A program made the translations under genes and the position numbers. This document shows, piece after piece, positions 55,441 through 64,000 of a stretch of DNA of 64,000 bases. Every line of letters starts with the position of its first letter. The stretch's first letter is position 1. The DNA is from Thermoproteota archaeon (lineage in GTDB: Archaea; Korarchaeota; Korarchaeia; Korarchaeales; Korarchaeaceae). Below the pieces are notes generated by a model. That model had not been told where the DNA came from and searched no databases. It saw nothing but the letters and a program-made list of their open reading frames with translations. The DNA is taken from assembly GCA_027491435.1 (NCBI GenBank), contig JAOZFG010000003.1:8085-72084 (forward strand). Direction: 5' to 3'.

Positions 55441-58400
55441 TCACCTCACCCTAACACCAGGTAGGTTCTCCTCATTCGCCTTGTAGTCGTACTTGTCCGG
55501 CGAGGCCTTCCTTATGTAGGCCAAGAAGGCCTTGGTCTCCTGCATCGTGGTCACTAGGTCCATGAATATGTCCGCTATCAGGTTGGCGACGGCATATGTG
55601 GAGTGAGCTCCCTGCCATCCCCAGTGCCAGGGTATGTTGACGACGTAAACCTCCTTTCCGTTAACGCTCAGCTTGGGAACCCTGTTGGTCACCATGGCCC
55701 TCAAGTAGATCCTGTTTCTCTTGTTTCCAACTTCCACGATGTCTCCTGGCTTTATTCCCAGTTTATCGGCTAAAGGCTTGGGTATGTCGACGAATGGTTC
55801 GGGAACCAGCTCTGCAAGCAATGGCACGTTCCTAGTCAGCTGACCTGTGTGGAAGTGCTCCACCATCCTGTTGGTCGTCACCACGACTACAGCGGCGTCA
55901 CTTGGAGCCCCTAGCTCCTCTGGTATCATGCTGAATGTCTTAGAGAGATCTTCCCATCCGCTGGGCGGCTCTATGAACCTGTAGTTCTCAGCTCTCCTCC
56001 AGGCAGCGGCTGGGTACTTAGTGGCCAGCTCGAACACCGGGGACTCCACGGGCTCGTAGTGCATCGGGTACCTGAAGTCCCAAGCCAAGATCTCGTTGGG
56101 ATTGTCAGGGCTCGGGTAGGCATACCATTCCCCGTACTTAGTTTTCATCTCCTTAACGGCCTTCTTCATCCCTAGGGACTTGGCTAGCTCAGCGAACTCC
56201 TGAACGAACTTGTCCTTGACCTTAGCCCAGTCGTAATAGCCGACGTACTTTATCGTCTTGCCCTTATACTCCTTAGTTCCCTTGAAGTAGGGCTTCTTGT
56301 AAGCGGCCTTGCCGGTGTTCACCACCTCCTCGTCGTAATAGAAGCTCTCGCAGAGCGGGCACTTTATCCCCAGCTCGGTGTAGTCAACTAGCTTGTACTT
56401 ATCTCCCTCGAAGACGATAAACTTCCCGACGACCCTTTCCTCCAATAATAGCTCTCTAGCGCTTCTGGCTCCGGTGAATATGTCTGTCCTCCCGCTCCAG
56501 GCCCTCTTGTAGAACTTACCTATGTAGAAGTTGTGTCCCGGTATGAAAGCGGGCCTTATACCTCCCTTGGCGTCCCTTATCTCCCCGGTTTCGCCGGTTA
56601 TCTTAACGGTCTTGCCGTCCAGCTCAGGGCCAACAGCAAACCTGGCTATACCGAAGTTGAACTCCGTAGTCTTACCTAAGGTCTTAGATAAAGTCCACAT
56701 GTTGTACAAAATTCTCACGTTCTTGGGCCAGGTCCATCCCCAGTCCTTGTGCAGCTTGAACGTTCTGTCCAATATGCCGTCTATCTCATCTTCTCTCCTG
56801 AGTATGGGGCTCCTCCTCTTGGCTAGTATCTTGTGCTCGTACCAGTCGTACTGCCCGTTATAAAGGTCTACGGCCAGGTCTATCTCCTTGTATATTAGCT
56901 CAGGATCGGCGTAAGCGTAATCTGGGTCGGGGAACCTGTTAGTGGCGTAGTTCATGAAGGGCTCTATCTCCCTCTCGTACAGGAGTATGGGCTCTCCGGT
57001 CTTGGGATGCTTTATTATCACTTTTTCTCTATCCTTACCGTAGGCCTTGCTTGGCAGCCTGACCACTCCGTACTTGTCCAAGTACTCCCAGAGCTTCAGC
57101 ATAATCCACAGGTCGGGCTTAGCATCTCCCGCTGGGGGCACCACCCTGTCCTGCCACTGGATCCACCTATTGCTGTTGGTTATGGAGCCGTACTTCTCGT
57201 ACTGGAATGCACCAGGCAACAGGACGTCAGCGAAGGTGGCTGTCTCGGTCTCCCAGAGGTCAACGACGACCAGCAGGTCCAGGGCCGCCAGGCCCATGTA
57301 AGCTGTTATCGTGTCTGCGTTGCTCACGGCTATGTTTTCAGCCATTATGAGCATGGCCTTTATCACTTTATCGAAGAGGACGCCCTGCCACCAGTTGTTC
57401 TCGGTATAGCCCTTCCCTATAGGCAGGTCGCTTATGACGGTCCCGTTCTTTGGATCTTCTTCTGGGTCGGTGCCCACGAATATTCCCCAGGTCAGCTCGA
57501 ACCTGCGCCAGTTCTGGAACCACCAGGACCAGAGGATCTTGGTGGAGTTGACCTTACCCTTCTCGTTGGGTCCAAAGGCAGAACCGGCCCACTCGGGGAT
57601 CTCCCAGTGCCAAGCGTCAGGGAAGCCCTGATTCTTCCAGTCCTGATAGACCCTTATGGACAGGGTGTTAGGTGGCTGCTTTATATAGCCAGGAAGTATA
57701 TGTGAGAGTATGCACATGTCGGTGGTTCCCTGAACGTTGCTGTGTCCCCTGTAGGGATTGAGCCCTCCTCCTGGGAAGCCCATGTTGCCCAGGGTCAACT
57801 GAACTATCGTGCTCATCCTAGTTATTTGAGTCCCCACGTGGTGTTGGGTCTGGCCCATGGCCCACTGTATGGAAGCGAACCTCTTGAAGTTGGTGGTGAC
57901 CCCGCTGTTCTCGACGTAAGTCTTGGCTATGAGCCTCAGCTTGTCCACGGGGATTCCTGTTATCTTGGATACCTCTTCAGCTGTGTAATTCTTGGCTATC
58001 TCCTTTATCTCCTTGATCTCGTTTAGGTCCACGTTAAGCCTGGTGACGAACTCCTTAAAGGTGTCAAGCTGGTCTACGGGCGGGTTCCTCTCCCAGAAGG
58101 CGTAGTGGAGTATGTACATGAGGAATGCTATATCCGAGCCAGGCCTGAAGAAGGCGAATATGTCGGCCTGAGCGGCGGTCCTTGTGTACCTAGGATCAAC
58201 AACTATCAGCTTGAGGGTTCCCTTGTTCTTGCCCTTGAGGGTGTGTCTCATGCTGACTGGGTGGTTCTCCGCTGGATTACCTCCGAATATCAGGTAGGTA
58301 GATATGAACTGAGTATCTATGAAGCTCTGAGTTTGAGCTCCAAACCCTACAGTCCCGGCTAAGCCCGCTACCGTGGTGGAGTGGCACCTCCTGGCGTCGT

Positions 58401-59070
58401 GATCTATGTTGTAGCTTCCGAGGAGTGTTGCCAGCTTCTTTATTATGTATGCCTCCTCGTTGGTCAGCTTTGCCCCAGCCTCTATCATGAGGGGGAACAT
58501 CTTGCCAACGTGATAGTAGCCGTCCTCCTTCCTGGGATTCCATCCCACTGAGTCCACTATCTCCTTCAGCCTCTTAGCTATGTACCTGAAGGCCTCATCC
58601 CAAGTTACTGGCTTCCAGACGGGCTTATACTTCTCCAAGATGGCCTTGAGCTCCTCCTGAGATCTAGCTTTCTTCAGCTCCTCGACCGGGGGCTTAGGGT
58701 TAACTCTGATCATCGGGGTCCTTAGCCTCCTCGGGTTATGTTGGCCAAAGAGCTCTAGCGAAGCTTCTCCCTTAGGACATAGCTTTCCTTCGTTCAGCGG
58801 GTTGTCGGGGTCTCCCTCCAGGTGTATCACACTATCTCCCTGCTTGTAGAAGATTATCCCACAGCCCACGGAGCAGTAACCACATATTCCCCTGACCTCA
58901 GTGGTCTTGTAGAGTTGCTTCCGCCCTATTTCGCCTAGTTCGTATCTCTTAGGCTTCGGTAGCCCCAGAACCCTCTTAGTAGAGTCTCCTAAAAGTAGTA
59001 AGAGGCTACCTAGCCCAGCCGCCTTTAGAAAGTCCCTCCTACTAATTTTTGGTTCAAGCAAGGTTTCCAC
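55441..59070 (-). CDS. fdnG: Tat-exported Mo/W-bisPGD formate dehydrogenase alpha subunit (FDH-N/O-like, Cys ligand)
   Basis: SRRDFLK; CGYCSVGC...LCPKG; ARRCHSTT; RGHSNVQG; TNRMVEHFHTG. Confidence 0.92.
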   Translation of the reverse strand: METLLEPKISRRDFLKAAGLGSLLLLLGDSTKRVLGLPKPKRYELGEIGRKQLYKTTEVRGICGYCSVGCGIIFYKQGDSVIHLEGDPDNPLNEGKLCPKGEASLELFGQHNPRRLRTPMIRVNPKPPVEELKKARSQEELKAILEKYKPVWKPVTWDEAFRYIAKRLKEIVDSVGWNPRKEDGYYHVGKMFPLMIEAGAKLTNEEAYIIKKLATLLGSYNIDHDARRCHSTTVAGLAGTVGFGAQTQSFIDTQFISTYLIFGGNPAENHPVSMRHTLKGKNKGTLKLIVVDPRYTRTAAQADIFAFFRPGSDIAFLMYILHYAFWERNPPVDQLDTFKEFVTRLNVDLNEIKEIKEIAKNYTAEEVSKITGIPVDKLRLIAKTYVENSGVTTNFKRFASIQWAMGQTQHHVGTQITRMSTIVQLTLGNMGFPGGGLNPYRGHSNVQGTTDMCILSHILPGYIKQPPNTLSIRVYQDWKNQGFPDAWHWEIPEWAGSAFGPNEKGKVNSTKILWSWWFQNWRRFELTWGIFVGTDPEEDPKNGTVISDLPIGKGYTENNWWQGVLFDKVIKAMLIMAENIAVSNADTITAYMGLAALDLLVVVDLWETETATFADVLLPGAFQYEKYGSITNSNRWIQWQDRVVPPAGDAKPDLWIMLKLWEYLDKYGVVRLPSKAYGKDREKVIIKHPKTGEPILLYEREIEPFMNYATNRFPDPDYAYADPELIYKEIDLAVDLYNGQYDWYEHKILAKRRSPILRREDEIDGILDRTFKLHKDWGWTWPKNVRILYNMWTLSKTLGKTTEFNFGIARFAVGPELDGKTVKITGETGEIRDAKGGIRPAFIPGHNFYIGKFYKRAWSGRTDIFTGARSARELLLEERVVGKFIVFEGDKYKLVDYTELGIKCPLCESFYYDEEVVNTGKAAYKKPYFKGTKEYKGKTIKYVGYYDWAKVKDKFVQEFAELAKSLGMKKAVKEMKTKYGEWYAYPSPDNPNEILAWDFRYPMHYEPVESPVFELATKYPAAAWRRAENYRFIEPPSGWEDLSKTFSMIPEELGAPSDAAVVVVTTNRMVEHFHTGQLTRNVPLLAELVPEPFVDIPKPLADKLGIKPGDIVEVGNKRNRIYLRAMVTNRVPKLSVNGKEVYVVNIPWHWGWQGAHSTYAVANLIADIFMDLVTTMQETKAFLAYIRKASPDKYDYKANEENLPGVRVR

Positions 59071-59170
59071 CGCCCTTTCAGGGCACTAACCTACTTTGCA
59101 CAGTTAACTTTAAAAAGTTAGGTGTAAACGGGATTAACGTTATATTTTAGTTGCAGTATGCGAGTACAAT

Positions 59171-59195
59171 CCGTTATTATTTACTGAAATAACGG
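59171..59195. promoter_or_regulatory. Palindromic ModE-box-like operator between the fdh operon and its divergent regulator
   Basis: CCGTTATT-atttactga-AATAACGG inverted repeat. Confidence 0.6.
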
Positions 59196-59351
59196 CAGTT
59201 ACATATCGTTAACTGGTATTCCATTCGCACCCGGATGCCCCTATTATCGAACCCTCTATTCTGTACATAGTATCAAACATATATGAACATAAAGTAATTC
59301 TTAACAGTTTAATTTATTGCTGGGCAACACATAAACTGACCAGGTGATGAA

Positions 59352-59585
59352 ATGCAGGAAGAGGATGAAAATTTTGCCCTGGAAACGCCTGAGGATTACT
59401 TCGCCTACGAGGAGATGATCTACCCTGAAATCTCAAAATGTAGGAAGAAGGGAAAGAAGAGAAGAGATAAGTTCGTAGTTCCAGGAAAAGAGGATATATC
59501 TCGTGAGGAACAGGTAAATCAGGTGTTTTATAATGAGGGTGATGGAAATGAAAATTCAAGTGACGAAGAGAGCGTTAATCGGTGA
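59352..59585 (+). CDS. Small acidic hypothetical protein
   Basis: AGGTGA RBS before the ATG; stop overlaps the next start (GTGA). Confidence 0.45.
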   Translation: MQEEDENFALETPEDYFAYEEMIYPEISKCRKKGKKRRDKFVVPGKEDISREEQVNQVFYNEGDGNENSSDEESVNR

Positions 59586-60610
59586 GCTTGATGGAGGATG
59601 ACATCCTCGAATCCCTGACCGTCAGCAAGGAAGTGAAAATATACTACAAGGGAAAGGTCGTGCTAGACAGTAAGATAGCTAAAGTCCTGGAGGAGGTGGA
59701 GAGAAAGGGTTCTCTGCTGGCTGCCTGTAAGTCGCAAGGCCTCTCCTATTCGGGAGTTTGGAAGAGGATAAGCGAGATCGAGGATACATTGGGTAGGAAG
59801 ATTCTAATAGCTCAGAGGGGAGGGACAGGAGGCGGTTGGACTGCCTTGACTGACTTCGGTAGGAAGCTTCTAATAAAGTACTACGAGCTTACGGAGGAGC
59901 ACCACCATAGGGCAGGTGACTTCCTAATTTACGGGGGCCACGACCCCTTGTTCGAGGAGCACGTTAAGGGGAAGGGAGGGATCAAGGCTTACTGGGTCGG
60001 CTCATTAGGAGGGCTGAGCTACCTGATGATGGGTCAAGCGGACATGGCAGGCGTTGGGCTCTTCGACCCCAGCTCCGGAAGGTGTACCCTGCCTTTCATA
60101 GAGAGGTTTTGGCTATCTGATGACGTCGTCGTGGTGAGAGGGTATCAGAGGGAGGTGGGATTCGTCTACCGAAAGGGAGCGGAGGTGAAGAGCATGGCCG
60201 AGGTGCTGGAGAAAGGGCTAAGGTTCGTTAACAGGATCAGGGGATCGGGCACGAGGCTTCTGGTAGACAGGTTGCTCAGGGAAGCTACGCTCCTCAAGGG
60301 AGAGAGTTGTGACGCTCCCTGGCTGAAGTTGAAGGGCTACGATCAGGAGGTTAAAACCCATATAGGGGTGGCCAAGAAGGTGGCCAGGGGAGACGCTGAC
60401 GTCGGCATCTCCCTGAGGTACGTGGCCGAGGCTTATGGCTTAGGGTTCACGCCAATAACCTGGGAAGTGTTCGACTTCGTTATAGCTAAGAGGTCCTTTA
60501 GGAAACCTTTTGTCCAGAAGTTCATCAGGTTTCTTAGCGACAACCTTCTAGAGAGCCCCAAGTTAGGTTATAGAAGGCTGAAGGAGACGGGTTCCATCAT
60601 TTATCCCTAA
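59582..60610 (+). CDS. ModE-type wHTH + PBP-like domain transcriptional regulator (FdsR-like)
   Basis: GSLLAACK...SYSGVWKRI...RGGTGGGWTALT wHTH; GSLGGL, RFVNR..GSGTR and ADVGI PBP-like domain. Confidence 0.88.
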   Translation: MSLMEDDILESLTVSKEVKIYYKGKVVLDSKIAKVLEEVERKGSLLAACKSQGLSYSGVWKRISEIEDTLGRKILIAQRGGTGGGWTALTDFGRKLLIKYYELTEEHHHRAGDFLIYGGHDPLFEEHVKGKGGIKAYWVGSLGGLSYLMMGQADMAGVGLFDPSSGRCTLPFIERFWLSDDVVVVRGYQREVGFVYRKGAEVKSMAEVLEKGLRFVNRIRGSGTRLLVDRLLREATLLKGESCDAPWLKLKGYDQEVKTHIGVAKKVARGDADVGISLRYVAEAYGLGFTPITWEVFDFVIAKRSFRKPFVQKFIRFLSDNLLESPKLGYRRLKETGSIIYP

Positions 60611-61367
60611 CTGGCTTCAGCCCTCCCCTGCCAACCTGGAAGGTGAGCCACGTAGTCATGTGAGGGGCTCCGCTCAACCTCCTGACCCTAATCTGCTTCA
60701 CGAGCTTCACGTTTAGGACTGACGGGTCGAACCTCAGGTCAATGACCCCATCGGAGAAGAGCTCCATGGCGTATCTGAACTCATCGAAGAAGCCCAGATG
60801 GAAGGTGTAGATAAAGGGTATCATGTAGTACCTGGTTATAACTGCCTTCAACATCTTCATGAGCTCCAGAAGGCTTGAGGGGTTCGTGGATATTGTCAAG
60901 CACTCGGTTAGAGAGTCCATGAGCATAACGCCCCTGCCCATTATCCTCTTCCCCTCCCGCTCAAGGTTATCCCAGACTGCGTCAGGATTTCTGGGATCCT
61001 CTACCTCAACTACTCCCTTGAATATCTCATTTTCAAGCTCTCTAATCTGTGGAGGCTTCTCAAACGCCCTGTCCTTGAGCCTGTAAGAGAAGCAGTCAAC
61101 AAACCTCAGCTTTCCCTCGATTATGCTGTCCAGGACGTCGAAGCCCAGGGAAGCCATGTTCATGAACCTAGACAGCGGGGTGTCCTCCAGGAGTATCAGA
61201 ACCACATGCTCTCCCCTCTTAAGGGCCCTATAAGCTATCTCATTAATTAGAACGCTCTTTCCCGTCCCCGTCTCTCCCATTATTCCTATGAGAGAGGATC
61301 TGGGAACGCCCTCCGGTATCAGGAGGTCCAACGGCTTTACCTGGAACTTGAATCTGCTTAACATCAC
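60597..61367 (-). CDS. KaiC/RAD55-like RecA-superfamily ATPase
   Basis: LLIPEGVPRSS, GETGTGKS, FVDCFS, MDSLTE and DGVIDLR. Confidence 0.88.
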   Translation of the reverse strand: MMLSRFKFQVKPLDLLIPEGVPRSSLIGIMGETGTGKSVLINEIAYRALKRGEHVVLILLEDTPLSRFMNMASLGFDVLDSIIEGKLRFVDCFSYRLKDRAFEKPPQIRELENEIFKGVVEVEDPRNPDAVWDNLEREGKRIMGRGVMLMDSLTECLTISTNPSSLLELMKMLKAVITRYYMIPFIYTFHLGFFDEFRYAMELFSDGVIDLRFDPSVLNVKLVKQIRVRRLSGAPHMTTWLTFQVGRGGLKPVRDK

Positions 61368-61392
61368 CCGTTAAACCGAGGAAAAAATAAAA

Positions 61393-62805
61393 TTAGAGGC
61401 TCAGGGTGAAGGACTCCCTGTCAGGGAGGATGACCCTGTCCAGGTACTTGGAGGGTATAAAGTCCTCGAAGAGGTCAGGGTGTTCGCTGTGTATTGGAAG
61501 TACCTTACGGGGGTTGACCGCCTCCAGGACCTTCTGATAGTCCTCAGGGGGCATGTGACCTGAGACGTGGACCCTATAGTATTTAGGCACCTTGAACAGG
61601 ATTAGCCAGTTTATCAGCCTGTCTAACCCCAGCGCTGACTCCTCGTTGTAGGGCTCAGACCTGCTCATCACGAAGGTTAGGTTCACTCTCTCCCTGGGAA
61701 GCTCGTAGAGCAGCCTGGTAGCGTTGTTAGTTAGGATGAGGACTTCGCCTTGTCTCTTAACGAGTTCCTCCCTCTTCTCCCCCCAGATCACGCCTTCCTC
61801 GCCCAGCCTGTCCTCAACCTTTTCCACAAGCTCCTTGACCTTAGCCGCCTCCCTCGAACCTAATCTAACCTCCTTGCCCCCTTCAAGCCTTCTCCTCTTC
61901 CATAGAAGGTAATCTCCCACTCCTGGTAGGCCTTCCACCATGTTCCCAAGCTCCTCGGCATAGAGGGCGACCCTCTCGTCGATGACGAGGGTCCTGTCCA
62001 GGCCCCTAGCCACCTCAAAGACAGTCCTTATCCTGTCTACGTCCGTCTGTGAGGTTTCCACCACCATGAGACCGCCAGCCCTCTCCCCTATTCCCTTTAA
62101 CCTCTCAAGCACCTGGCTCTCGTCAGAGACCTCGAAGTTCACCCTCTTGGGCGGCTTTCTCATTTTGTACCACACTCTGTTCTCCAGGAGCTTGACCAAG
62201 GAAGATTCGGGGTCGTTCTCAGGAGACAGCTTGGTGGCCTCCATTATGAGGAGGTCCACCTCCTCAGAGGACAGCCTATCGAGGAAGTCCTTTGTCATAT
62301 CAGATCTGGGGCCGTGCATCCTCATATCCCCTGTGTACCCGACGGTTCTGCCACAACACTCAACAATGAATCCGTAAGAGCCAGGAACTGAGTGGTCGAC
62401 GTGTACTGGAAGGACTTTGAACCCCATCACCTCCATTAGGTCGCCGGTCCTAAAGGTCCTGGTTTCTGACCTCCACTTATCCCTCCTCAGCTGGGAGCTA
62501 AGGCTAACTATGGAGAAGGCGGCCTCGCCCATGTAAACCGGGGAGTTGAGCAGGTCTGCGTACCCGTAATGGTCTAGGTGAGCGTGGGATATGAAAATTG
62601 CGTCAATCTCCAGCTCCTTTAGGGGAGGGAGCAGGCCCACCTTCTCGTAGTCCTCTGGGGAGGAGGGCTTCATGAAGGGATGCTGAAAGTAGGCCTCTTC
62701 ACCTGAAAAGCTCATGCCGAAGTCCAGGAATATGGACCCCTCTCCTCTTAGCAGTACCTTGTTGCCCCCTATCTCCCAGAGGCCCCCGTATACCCTGACC
62801 TCCAA
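61393..62805 (-). CDS. Metallo-beta-lactamase/beta-CASP hydrolase (RNase J-like)
   Basis: GGLWEIGGN, LDFG, SHAHLDH, VDHS, YTGD, HVSGH and PIHSE. Confidence 0.88.
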   Translation of the reverse strand: MEVRVYGGLWEIGGNKVLLRGEGSIFLDFGMSFSGEEAYFQHPFMKPSSPEDYEKVGLLPPLKELEIDAIFISHAHLDHYGYADLLNSPVYMGEAAFSIVSLSSQLRRDKWRSETRTFRTGDLMEVMGFKVLPVHVDHSVPGSYGFIVECCGRTVGYTGDMRMHGPRSDMTKDFLDRLSSEEVDLLIMEATKLSPENDPESSLVKLLENRVWYKMRKPPKRVNFEVSDESQVLERLKGIGERAGGLMVVETSQTDVDRIRTVFEVARGLDRTLVIDERVALYAEELGNMVEGLPGVGDYLLWKRRRLEGGKEVRLGSREAAKVKELVEKVEDRLGEEGVIWGEKREELVKRQGEVLILTNNATRLLYELPRERVNLTFVMSRSEPYNEESALGLDRLINWLILFKVPKYYRVHVSGHMPPEDYQKVLEAVNPRKVLPIHSEHPDLFEDFIPSKYLDRVILPDRESFTLSL

Positions 62806-62863
62806 TTTTCCCCGACTGAGTTACATTTATGAATTTTAATTTTTGGGTACCGAGGTGATCGGG

Positions 62864-63094
62864 TTGGCGGTACAGGTAGAGTTCGGCGTTCAGCTGGACA
62901 TAGACGTTAACAAGTGTATCGGCTGCCACATATGCGTGGACGTCTGTCCCTCCAACATATGGCACCTGGATGAGAACAGGAAGGCCTATCCCAGGGAGGA
63001 CTACGAGCCTGACTGTTTTATATGCCATGCCTGTGCTGTCTCTTGCCCTGTAGGTGCCATAGTGGTGAGAGAGGAGGTCTGGGAGAAAGGTTAG
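62864..63094 (+). CDS. 2x[4Fe-4S] ferredoxin
   Basis: CIGCHICVDVCP and CFICHACAVSCP; TTG start after a GAGGTGA RBS. Confidence 0.9.
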   Translation: MAVQVEFGVQLDIDVNKCIGCHICVDVCPSNIWHLDENRKAYPREDYEPDCFICHACAVSCPVGAIVVREEVWEKG

Positions 63095-63674
63095 GGCTGT
63101 ACAACCCAGACCCCATTTCTCCTAACTGCTTTTCCCCTTACGACTGACTCGATCAGACTGTCCATCCTAGCGAAGGTTGTTCCTTTCATCTACCTGATCT
63201 ACTTGGGATGATTTCAGGAGCTCCAACCTCTCCCGGATCGTTAAAGCGGTAAGTTTCCATCATCGCTATCTCAGTATCTTCACATGACTCGGTCAGGGGC
63301 CTTTAATATGACTTCTAAGGGATCTCGCCTCCCAATTAACTAGAAAAATTGTTGTAGGAATTAGCAACCTTAGCTTTAGTCTAGGTCCATCGCTCCACTA
63401 CAGGATATTACTTTGAAGCCCAGTTGGCGAGCTACCTTAATGGTTTGCGTCGAAGGTATCGAAGGTGGGATAAAAGTTTTGGGTGATCTCGAGGTCTCGT
63501 TCAGCACTATGTTGCCCATTCTCATCATAATGAACTGATCCTCGTACGACAGGTCAGCGAACTCTTTACCTCCCTGGAAATCCGTTTCTGCGGGTTAGCC
63601 CGTGCTGGGCTATCTCAAATAGATCTGGATATTCGCCCAGTAGCTTTAATTCGTAAAAGTTGGAGTCGTCTGAT

Positions 63675-64000
63675 GGGTGCTATCAACTTAAGGCTTGTTT
63701 AAGCAGGGTTGCTGATGTCATATAGAGAAAGAGGACCTTCAACTCTTTAGAGAGCGGACCCCCGCTGGTAGTAGGCTACGCCCTGCTTACTTTCGGGCCT
63801 GCCAGGCGTGTCAGCCAGCTTGGCTTGCTAGGCGTTAGGGGCCATGAAGGTAAGGAAGGTACAGGTTTAGGCAGGATGAGCCGGCTTAGCTGTTAAAAGC
63901 GGGGTTGGCGTTGTGAAGGGACAGCGGTGCTTCGCTGTAAGGTTTACTGGGGTGGCGCTGGACCCCTAATCGCTAATCTGGCTGAGAAGCGATGGCAGGA
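63675..64000 (+). mobile_element. Decayed IS6-family element (terminal repeat plus frameshifted transposase 5' part), truncated by the window end
   Basis: TIR-like gggtgctatcaacttaagg; fragments in shifting frames read FRERTP, VVGYALL, RRVSQL.LLGVRGHE, KVYW and VALDP, resembling archaeal IS6 transposase N-termini. Confidence 0.55.

Noticed and set aside
55441-59070. Selenocysteine recoding in FDH, HdrA, MvhD or hydrogenase
   Set aside because: All are uninterrupted ORFs with Cys at the relevant positions and no in-frame TGA.
60597-61367. KaiC-like ATPase as a circadian clock component
   Set aside because: Single-domain archaeal KaiC/RAD55 homologs are common, and no kaiA or kaiB is present.

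Overview
Window from a hyperthermophilic archaeon (reverse gyrase, archaeal-type SerRS, RNase HII and TATA promoters; gene content and AGG/ATA-rich codon usage are compatible with a Korarchaeota/TACK lineage, which is inference). Left to right: (1) end of a type IV pilus/T2SS locus (TadC/FlaJ-like membrane protein, several pilin-like genes, a Gly-linker tandem-domain adhesin) followed by a 7TM protein, a longin/uDENN-like protein, a prepilin peptidase and a divergent Rab-like small GTPase; (2) a V4R + radical-SAM/ModE-wHTH regulator pair (CorQ/CorR-like) ahead of a cooF-cooS-cooC-hdrA-mvhD(fused to a ferredoxin domain)-hdrC-hdrB-cooT operon; (3) a membrane-bound group 1 [NiFe]-hydrogenase operon with Isp1/Isp2-like subunits and hyp maturation genes; (4) an AT-rich islet with a protoglobin-like protein lacking the proximal His and a V4R-like protein; (5) rnhB and a VapBC islet bounded by 60-bp direct repeats; (6) aroC, a chorismate mutase-aminotransferase fusion, tyrA, speE, serS, a large beta-propeller surface protein, rgy, rlmI-like, pepQ; (7) a Tat-exported formate dehydrogenase-N-like operon with fdhE and a divergent ModE-wHTH/PBP regulator; (8) a KaiC-like ATPase, an MBL hydrolase, a ferredoxin and a decayed IS6-like element. 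The most promising candidate systems are the 7TM/longin/Rab-like GTPase module at the pilus locus and the CODH-HdrABC-MvhD operon. No rRNA, tRNA or CRISPR array was recognised. All family assignments come from motif reading by eye, not from database searches.
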